Below are positions 18,601 through 27,000 of a DNA stretch of 64,000 nucleotides, in pieces. A program made the position numbers and the translations under genes. How positions within the stretch are numbered: the first letter of the stretch is position 1; every line of letters begins with the position of its first letter. The DNA comes from Azospirillum sp. (GTDB taxonomy: Bacteria; Pseudomonadota; Alphaproteobacteria; Azospirillales; Azospirillaceae), in the NCBI RefSeq assembly GCF_035628975.1, contig NZ_DASPIS010000032.1:12987-76986 (forward strand), in the 5' to 3' direction. The notes beneath the pieces are model-generated. The model worked only from the letters and a program-made list of their open reading frames with translations, was not told where the DNA came from and did no database searches.

Positions 18601-21012
18601 GTTGAGACGATCTATCACCATGTCGCCGACGCCCATGCCGCCTTCCAGCGCGCCATCGCCGAAAGCCATCAGGCTTTCCTGGCGGTCGCCGGTCAGGCGA
18701 TCCAGAGCCTGAGCGGCGTGCCGGCATGGCCGGCGGCAGCACCCGCCGTCCCGGTGGCGCCGACCATGGCGCCGAGCATGCCGGCCCCCGCTCCCATGCC
18801 GGCCTTGGCGCCGGTGCCGCCGGCTGCGCCGGTCATGCCGGTGCAGAGCCAGACGTCCGTTGCCGCAGCGCCGCAGCATGTCGCTCCGGCCAGGGTGGAA
18901 CCTGTTCAGGCCAAGCCCCATCCGGTGACGGCACCCGCCGCCCCCGTTGCCGCTCCGCCCAAGGTCAACGCCCGGGACATCGTGCTGGCGGTGATCGCCG
19001 ACAAGACCGGCTACCCGGTGGACATGCTGACGGCGGACATGGAACTGGAAGCCGGTCTCGGCATCGACTCCATCAAGCAGGTGGAGATTTTCTCGACCTT
19101 GCAGGACCGCATTCCGGCGCTGGGCAATGCCGACATGCGCGAACTGAACGCGCTGAAGACCATCGGTCAGATCCTCGCCATGGCCGACAGCCGCAGCGGC
19201 GGCGCCGCCGCCCCCACGGCTGCCCCGGCGCCCGTGGTGGCGGCAGCGGTTCCGGCGGCCAAGCCGACGGCTCCGTCCGTCGATGTCGGCGCGCTGTTCA
19301 TGGGGCTGGTGGCGGAGAAGACCGGCTATCCCGTCGAGATGCTGAGCCCGGAGATGGAGCTTGAGGCTGGTCTCGGCATCGATTCCATCAAGCAGGTCGA
19401 GATCTTCTCGGCCCTGGTCGACCGCCTGCCGGAACTGGCCTCGGTCGAGATGCGCGAATTGACCGCGCTCAAGACCGTCGGCGCGGTGATCGACCGCATC
19501 AAGGGCGACGCCCCGGCTGCCCAGCAAACGCCGGCCCAGATCCAGACCCAGGCCCAGACCCAGGCTCTGCCCGCGTTATCGGCAGGCACCATCCGCACCT
19601 GCTCCGTCTTGGAAGAGCGGAAAGCGGGCGGTGCCGACATGTTGCGCGGCCTGACCAGCATCGCCGTCGTGCCGGATTCGTCCGGTGTCGCCGCCGAACT
19701 GGTGGCTCTGCTGTCGGCCAAGGGCATCGCCGCCCGGATCGCCGAGCTGCCGGGCGGGCAGGACGACGCGGTGCTGTTCCTGGCCGGGCTCGACGGGGCC
19801 GATGCCGCCTCGGCCGCCGATCTGCACTGGCGCGCGCTTGCCGCCGCCAAGGCCGCCGACGCCCGCTTCGGCAAGACCGGCGGCGCCTTTGTCACTGTCG
19901 AGAAGGGTGGTGAGGCTTGGCTGGGGCTTGGCGGTCTCGTCCTGACCGCGGCGCATGAATGGCCGGCGGCGCGGGTCAAGGCCATCGAACTGGAGCCGGG
20001 AAGCCGCTCCGCCGCCGACCTCGCCCGTGCTCTCGCCGCGGAGATTGCCACCGGCGACGGCGATGCGGAGGTCCGCCTTGCCGCAGACGGCAAGCGTCTG
20101 GTGCGGACCCTGCGCGAGGGAGAGGCGGCCGACGGCCCGCTGCCGCTGGAGCAGGGCGCGGTGATCGTCGTCTCCGGCGGTGCCCGCGGCGTGACCGCCG
20201 TCGCGTTGGAGCAGCTGTCCCGCCGCATCCGCCCGACCCTGGTCATCCTGGGCCGCAGCGATCCCGGCGCGGCGCCGGTCCTGCCGGGCATCGCCGAGGA
20301 TGCCGACGAAACCGCGGTCCGCCGGGCGGTGATCGCCGGTCCCGGCGCCGGCAGGCAGCCGCGCGAGATCGAGGCGATGGTCAAGGCCATCCTGTCCGCC
20401 AACGAGGCGCGCGCCACGTTGCGCCGGTTGGAAGCGGCCGGTGCCCGCGTCCGCTACTGCCGCGCCGACGTGCGCGACGCGGCGTCGGTCGCGCAGGCGC
20501 TGGCGGCGGTCCGTGCCGAGGCCGGGCCGATTTCCGGCATCGTGCATGGGGCCGGCGTGCTGGCCGACAAGCGCATCGGCGACAAGACGCGCGACCAGTT
20601 CGACGCCGTCTTCGGCACCAAGGTGGAGGGAATCGCCAATCTGCTGGCCGCCACCCGCGAGGATCCGTTGCGCGTCATCTGCCTGTTCTCTTCCATCGCC
20701 TCGCTGCACGGCAATGCCGGGCAGTGCGACTACGCCATGGCCAACGGCGTGCTGAACGCCGTGGCGCGGGCCGAGGCGGCACGCCGGCCGGACTGCACGG
20801 TCAAGGCCATCGCCTGGGGGCCGTGGGACGGCGGCATGGTCGGACCTGCGTTGAAACAGCATTTCCGCCGCATGTCCGTCGATCTGATCGCGCCGGCGGA
20901 CGGCGCCGACTTCATGCTGCGCGAACTGGCGCAGCCGCCGGCCGGCGACGCGGTCGTCTCCTGCATCGGGCGTTCGGCCGCCGCGGGTACCGCCATCGGA
21001 CGGGCGGCATGA
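15628..21012 (+). CDS. pfaA: PfaA/Pfa2-type iterative PKS: KS-MAT-ACP-ACP-KR
   Basis: KS DAACASS / EAHGTGT / GHTKAAAG; MAT GHSFGE and AFHS; two ACPs with KTGYP..LEAGLGIDSIK; KR SGGARGV...DYAMAN; probable TTG start. Confidence 0.92.
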   Translation: MKNRHPIAIVGIGAMFPGSGTTHGFWRDILAGRDCIGDVPATHWLVEDFYDPDPSARDKTYCRRGAFLPPATLDPLEFGIPPQALSATDTAQLLALIVAKETLDEACRTQFRDIDRSRTSIVLGVASATELVGTMGARLQRPVWVKALREAGLPEDEVTAICDRISSQYVEWQESSFPGVLGNVVAGRIANRLDLGGTNCVVDAACASSLSALLMAMNELELGHSDMVISGGVDALNDIFMYMCFSKTPALSKSGDCRPFSDASDGTIVGEGLGLFALRRLEDAERDGNRIYAVIRGIGSSSDGRATSVYAPRPEGQAVALRRAYADAGHDPRSVELVEAHGTGTRAGDLAEFTALTQVFREADAEAGAWCAIGSIKSQIGHTKAAAGSAGLLKAALSLHQKVLPPTIKVDRPDSRLKLESSPFYLNTRARPWVKADGPRRASVSSFGFGGSNYHVALEEYTGPQAASRLWAGGALLLLGAADARSLAEAARALGARVEKDGLEAVARDSQIAFDPRSRHRLAIVAADARQFEARLATALKQTGAFSAPGIHLAVGEGKGKGGGGKTAFLFPGQGSQYVSMGADLAVAFDEARVVWDGQAALPTVPGQSPLHRVVFPPPAFTGEEGEAQEAVLTRMIHAQPSIGTASLALLAVLERAGIRADAVAGHSFGEITALCAAGVLDRDTALSLAAERARCMEEAASGSDGAMIAVAAGRERVEPLLQGLDVVLANDNGPEQVVLSGARAAVENAATRLEAEGLRVVRLKVASAFHSPVVAQAAETFRSVLDGTAFGSFAIPVYANLTAAPYADAEVRDLLAGQIAGTVRFRETVEALYADGVRTFVEVGPGSVLNGLVAQCLGGRPHLAVALDRRGAHGVASLLDGLGALAVHGVPVDFQALWTGFAEERKPKPASPAAVRVSGANFGKIYPPPGGAAALPKPNPPRPAIAPPAPTPLAPAQSAPVYSPSIEEAPIMVTNSPAPQPAPIPVATAPVETIYHHVADAHAAFQRAIAESHQAFLAVAGQAIQSLSGVPAWPAAAPAVPVAPTMAPSMPAPAPMPALAPVPPAAPVMPVQSQTSVAAAPQHVAPARVEPVQAKPHPVTAPAAPVAAPPKVNARDIVLAVIADKTGYPVDMLTADMELEAGLGIDSIKQVEIFSTLQDRIPALGNADMRELNALKTIGQILAMADSRSGGAAAPTAAPAPVVAAAVPAAKPTAPSVDVGALFMGLVAEKTGYPVEMLSPEMELEAGLGIDSIKQVEIFSALVDRLPELASVEMRELTALKTVGAVIDRIKGDAPAAQQTPAQIQTQAQTQALPALSAGTIRTCSVLEERKAGGADMLRGLTSIAVVPDSSGVAAELVALLSAKGIAARIAELPGGQDDAVLFLAGLDGADAASAADLHWRALAAAKAADARFGKTGGAFVTVEKGGEAWLGLGGLVLTAAHEWPAARVKAIELEPGSRSAADLARALAAEIATGDGDAEVRLAADGKRLVRTLREGEAADGPLPLEQGAVIVVSGGARGVTAVALEQLSRRIRPTLVILGRSDPGAAPVLPGIAEDADETAVRRAVIAGPGAGRQPREIEAMVKAILSANEARATLRRLEAAGARVRYCRADVRDAASVAQALAAVRAEAGPISGIVHGAGVLADKRIGDKTRDQFDAVFGTKVEGIANLLAATREDPLRVICLFSSIASLHGNAGQCDYAMANGVLNAVARAEAARRPDCTVKAIAWGPWDGGMVGPALKQHFRRMSVDLIAPADGADFMLRELAQPPAGDAVVSCIGRSAAAGTAIGRAA

Positions 21013-24000
21013 GCCGGTTCCCGCCCATCGCCGTCATCGGCCACGGCTGCGTGCTGCCGGGCGCCCTCAGCCCGGCGGAGCTCTGGCAGGCCGTCGTCGA
21101 GGGGCGGGATCTGCTGCGCCCGGTGCCGCCGGGCGTCTGGCGCGTCGATACCGCAAAGGCGCTGTCGCCCGAGGCGCCCGAGCGTTCCGCGACCGACAAG
21201 GGCGGCTATGTGCAGGGCTTCGACGCCATCTTCGATCCCAACGGCTTCGCCTGCCCGGCGGAGGAACTGGCCGGGCTCGATCCGCTGGTGCTCTGGCTGG
21301 TCCATAGCGGGCGCGAGGCGCTGCGCGAGGCGGGGCTGAACATCGCGCCGGGCGGGCGCTGCGGTTTGATCGCCGGCAACCTGTCCTATCCCACCGCCAG
21401 CCTCAGCGCCTTTGCCGAATCGGTCTGGCTGGACCGGGAGGGGCCGAAGCCCGCCAACCGCTTCTCGTCGGGCCTGCCGGCGCAGCTGGCCGCCCGTGCC
21501 CTCGGCCTGCAGGGGCCGGCCTTCTGCCTGGATGCCGCCTGTGCCTCCTCGCTCTATGCCGTCAAGCTGGCCTGCGACCAGCTGCATGACGGGACCGCCG
21601 ACCTGATGATCGCGGCGGGCGTCAACCGCGGCGACGACCTGTTCCTTCATATGGGCTTCACCGCGCTGAACGCCCTCAGCCCCACCGGCCGCAGCCGGCC
21701 GTTCCACCGCGAAGCCGATGGGCTGATCCCGGCCGAGGGGGCTGCCTGTGTGGTGCTGAAGCGGATGGACGACGCGGTGCGCGACGGAGACCGCATCCTC
21801 GGCGTCATCCGCGGCATCGGCCTGTCGAACGACGGGCGCAGCCGAGGCTTCCTTGTTCCCGACGCCGGAGGCCAGGAGCGCGCCATGGCCGACGCCTATG
21901 CCCAGGCGGGTTTCGCGCCGGAAGCGGTATCGCTGGTGGAATGCCACGCCACCGGAACGGCGCTTGGCGACGCCACCGAGATCGCCAGCATGGGCCGCAT
22001 CTTCGCCGGCTTGCGGGATGTGCCGATCGGGTCGCTGAAGTCCAACCTGGGCCACCTGATCGCCGCCGCCGGTCTGGCCGGCATGGTCAAGGTGATCCAG
22101 GCGATGGCGGCCGGCATCCGCCCGCCGACCCTGCATGCCGACGCCGCACCGCTGGACGGCATCGGCGCCTCGCCCTTCCGCCTGCTGGACCGGGCGGAGC
22201 CGTGGGAGGTGGATGGGCCGCGCCGCGCCGGAATCAGCGCCTTCGGCTTCGGCGGCAACAACGCGCATCTGGTGCTGGAGGAGTGGCACCCCGCCACCGT
22301 GTCCGTTCCGGTTGTCGCTCCCCCGCCGCCGTTGCGTGTGGCGGTCGTCGGCCTTTCCGTCGCCACCGCCGCCGATGACTTCGCCGCGGCCTTGGCCGCA
22401 CCTCCTTCGGGAGACGGCCCGCGCGTCCTGGACAGCATCACGCTGGACCTCGCCACTATCCGCGTCCCGCCTGCCGACCTGCAGCATGCCCTGCCGCAGC
22501 AGCTTCTGGCGATGAAGGCGGTGGCCCGCGCCGTCGCCGACGCCCCGGCCTTGCCGGCAGCCACCACCGGCGTGCTGATGGGCATGGGCTGCGACGCCCA
22601 GGTGGCGCGGCGCGGCCTGGGCGTGCGGCTTGCCGACCTGTGCGGCCCGGATGCCAGTGTCGATCTCGGTCCCCCGCTGAACGCGGCCGGCGTCATCGGC
22701 ACCATGCCCAACATCGTCGCCAACCGCTTCAACGCCCAGTTCGACTGGCGCGGCCCCAGCTATTCGGTATCGGCGGAGGAGTTGTCGGGGCTTGCCGGGT
22801 TGCGCATCGCCGCCCGCGCCCTGGTGACGGGCGAGCTGGACGCGGCGGTCGTCGGCGCGGTCGATCTGTCCTGCGAGCCGGTGCACCGCAGCGCGCTCGC
22901 CGCCCTGCGCCCCGACCTCGCTACCCCCGGTGACGCCGCCGTCGTTCTGGTGCTGCGCCGGGTGGAGTGCGCCGAGGCCGCCGGCGAACCGATCCACGCC
23001 ATCCTCGACCTGTCCTCCGCCACCGATTCCGCCGAAGCGGAGTTCACCATCGCCGGACCGCAAGGGGCGAGTCCCGTCACCAGCCGCTTCGGCCATGCCC
23101 ATGCCGCGTCCGGCCTGCTGCATGTGGCCGCCGCCGTGGTCGCCTGCAGTGGCCGCATGAAGCCCGGAGACGGCGCTGCCCAACCCTGGCTGGATGCCGG
23201 TCGCCTGCGCGCCCGCGTGAGCGTCGTGGCTCTGGGCGGGGCGACCGACGGGCTTCTGGTCGAAAGCGGCGATGTCTCGGAGCCGGCCGTACCGCCGCCG
23301 GACACGCGCCTGCATTGGTTCGCCGCCGCCAGCCGGGCGGAGCTGTGCGCGCGCATCCGGCGCGGCGAGGATGGCGGGCAGGGGCCGGTGCGGCTGGCCT
23401 TCGCCTGTCCGGCCGGCAAGGAGGCCGACACCCTGGCGCGCGCGCTGGCCCTTGCCGAGGGGCGCGAGGCCACCGCCGACGGTATCCAGTTCCGCGAGCG
23501 ACCGCTCGGCGGCCGGCTGGCCCTGGTCTTCACCGGGGCGGCGGCGGCTTACGAGGGAATGGGGCGCGAGCTTTTCCTGTCCATCCCCGATGTCGGCCGG
23601 AGCGTGACCGCGCGCTTCCCTATCCTCGCCCATGCGGCGGAGCGGCTGTACGGATCGGCGGAACCGCTCGACGCGATGGCGCAGCTGCAGACCTGCGCCC
23701 TGATCTGCCAGACCCATGCGGAGGTCAGCCGCAGCGTGCTCGGCCTGCGGCCTGCGGCTGTGATGGGCCTGTCCTCCGGCGAGACCAACGCGCTGTTCGC
23801 CGCGGGCATCTGGTCGGACATGGGCGCCATGTTCGCGGAAATCGACGCATCGGGCATCTATGGCCGCCATCTGACCGGCGACTGCCTTGCAGCCGCGCGA
23901 GTCTGGGGGCAGGCGGATGCCGCCGACTGGCGCAACTGGCGCCTCCTGGCCCCGATCGAGGAGGTGGAGGCGGCGCTGGCCGGCCTGCCCCGCGTGTCGA

Positions 24001-27000
24001 TCACCATCGTCAATGCGCCGCAGGACTGCGTGATCGGTGGCGACGCCGATTCCTGCCGTCAGGCGATCGCGCGCATCGGGGCGCACCGCGCCTTGCCGCT
24101 CGGCCAGGACATGGTGGTGCATTGCGCAGAGATGGCGCCCTGCGCCCCGGTCTGGCGCCGGATTCACAGCCGCGAGACGACACCGCCCGAGTGCATCGCC
24201 GTCTATGCCAATGCCTTCGGCGAAGCCTACCGGCCGTCGGAGGAGCTGTGCGCCGAGGCGCTGACCCGTCAGGCGATGGAAAAGGTGGACTTTCCCCGCA
24301 CGATCCGCCGCGCCCATGACGATGGGGTGCGGATCTTCGTCGAGCATGGTCCGCGCAATGCCCTGACCCGCTCCATCGCCGCCACGCTGGCCGACCGCGA
24401 GCATCTGGCGGTCAGCCTGGACCATCCCGGCCGTGCGCCGCTGGAACAGCTGGCCCATGTGGCGGCCGAGCTGTTCGCCGCCGGTCAGGAGCCCGCCATG
24501 GCCGAGGTCGCCCGCCGCCTGGAGCGCCGGACCGCCCCGCCGCCGGCCCAGCCCCTGACCTTCGCCGCCCATGCCGCGCCCGTCGCGGTCGCTCTCGGAC
24601 AGCCGATGCCCCCCGCACCGCCCCTGCCGCCGGTCGCCGACCTGCCGCCGCCCGATCTGGCCGCCCGCCGCCCGCTGGACGAGGCGCCGGAGCCTGAGCC
24701 TGTGATCGCCGATGTGCATCGTCCGGCCGCGCCCGGCGTTTCCACACGGGCGCCGGTTCCGCCGTCCGACAGCCCGATCGCCCGCATCCTCGCCCGTACG
24801 GCGGAGCTTCACACCGGCTATCTGAAAACCGCGTCGGACCTGCACCGGAGCTATCTGCAAGGTTTCGGGGTGGCGACAGTGACCGCTCTCCCTCTCCCCC
24901 CCGCTCCCCCTCTCCCCCCCGCTCACGCGCAAACTTCGTTTGCGCTGACGCGACAGGCGGACCTTTGGTCCGCTGAAAGCGGGGAGAGGGTCGGGGTGAG
25001 GGGGATGCATGGGGTGGATTCTCGGGATACGGCCGCCGCGCTTCCCCCTCACCCTAACCCTCTCCCCGGGGGGGAGAGGGCATCGTCACCCCCGGGCCGT
25101 CCGCTCTGGGACCGCGCCCAGCTGGAAATCCTGGCGTCGGGCAAGGTATCCGACATCTTTGGTCCGCTCTTCGCGCAGCAGGACGGCTACGCGCGTCAGG
25201 TCCGTATGCCGGAGCCGCCGCTGCTGCTGGTGGACCGCGTCATTTCCATCACCGGCGAACCCGGCAGCATGGGGCTTGGCTCCATCGTCACCGAGACGGA
25301 TGTCACGGCCGACAGCTGGTATCTGCACAACGACCGCATGCCGGTGGGGCTCGCCATCGAATCCGGACAGGCCGACCTGCTGCTGATCTCCTGGCTGGGC
25401 GCCGATTTCCGCAACAGGGGCGAGCGCGTCTACCGCCTGCTGGGCTGCGAGATGACCTACCATGAGGGTGGCCTGCCGCGGGTGGGCGACACGCTGCGCT
25501 ACGACATCCACATCGACGGCCATGCCCGCATGGGCGAGGTCGGGCTGTTCTTCTTCCATTACGATTGCCGCATCGGTGATCGGCTGGTGCTGTCGGTCCG
25601 CAACGGGCAGGCCGGATTCTTCACCGACCAGGAATTGGCCAACTCCGGCGGCGTGCTGTGGAGCGCCGAGGAGGACCGGCCCAGGGACGGCGCGCGCCTG
25701 GACCCGCTGCCCTGTCCGTCGCGCCACCGCGCCTTCACCGCCGAACAGCTCGACCTCTGGACCGCCGGCCGGGCCTTCGCCTGTTTCGGCGAGGGGTTCG
25801 AACTGGCCGGCAGTCACCAGCGCACCCCGGCGATCCCGCAGGGGCGCATGCGCCTGATCGACAGCGTGACCGCCTTCCAACCGCAGGGCGGCCCCTGGGG
25901 ACGGGGGTATCTGCGGGCGGAAAGCCATGTCCCGGCCGACGCCTGGTTCTATGCCGGCCACTTCAAGAACGATCCCTGCATGCCCGGCACGCTGATGGCC
26001 GAGGGGGCGGTGCAGGCGGTCGCAACCTTCATGGCAGCCGGCGGCTTCACCATCGGACGCGATTCCTGGCGGTTCGAGCCGGTGCCGGACGAGCCCGCCC
26101 GCTTCGTCTGCCGCGGACAGGTGGTCCCGGACGCCGCCCATCATCTTGTCTACGAAGTCTTCGTCGAGGAGATCGAGGACGGCCCGACGCCCATCGTCCG
26201 CGCCGCCCTGCTGTGCAGCGCCGATGGCTTCAAGGTCTTCCATTGCCGCGCCTTCGCCGTGCGGATGGTGCCCGACTGGCCGCTCGGCCATGGGCGTCAT
26301 GCCCTGCCGGCGCTGGCGGAGGCGCCGCGCATCGTCGGCACCCGCGGCGACGTGCGCGGCGATTACGAGGCGCTGCTGGCCTGCGCCTGGGGGGCACCGT
26401 CCCTGGCCTTCGGCAGCATGTATGCCCGCTTCGATGCCGGGCGGGTGCCGCGCCTGCCGGGGCTGCCCTATCACTTCATGTCCAGCGTGGTCTCGGTGAA
26501 CTGCCCGGCCGGGGAGCCGACCGTGGGCGGCACGCTCCTCGTCGATTACGAGGTGAAACCGGAGGCGTGGTACTTCGCCCGGAACGCGGCGCCGGTGATG
26601 CCCTTCTGCGTGCTGATGGAGGTGCTGCTGCAGCCCTGCGGCTGGCTGGCCTCCTACATGGGCTTCGCGCTCGCCTCCACCGAGGATCTGGCGATCCGCA
26701 ACTTGGACGGCGACGCCGCCCGCGTGCTGGCCGAAGTGACGCCCGCCGACGCCCGCGTCCGTACCGAGGCGACGCTGACCCGCTTCTCCCGCGCCGGCGG
26801 CATCACCCTGATCGCCTTCAAGGTCCGGGCCTGGGTCGACGACCGGCCGCTGATGGAGCTGGAAACCTCCTTCGGCTTCTTCGCGTCCGCCGCGCTGGCG
26901 AAGCAGAACGGCCTGCCGCCCTTGCCGGCCGATGATGCGCGGGGGATTCCGCCCGCCATGCCCGTCGTGGAGCCGCGCGGCGCGAAACTGGCGGACGGAA

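Noticed and set aside
14917-19527. 1536-aa minus-strand ORF, and similar ones at 20730-25052, 25086-27170 and 27255-29864
   Set aside because: Antisense shadows of the motif-rich pfa genes; Arg/Gly-rich with no domains, typical of high-GC DNA.
19959-21008. Apparent 350-codon N-terminal extension of pfa3, or a programmed frameshift fusing pfa2 and pfa3
   Set aside because: It overlaps the pfaA KR in another frame; a clean ATGA start/stop overlap at 21009-21012 explains the junction.
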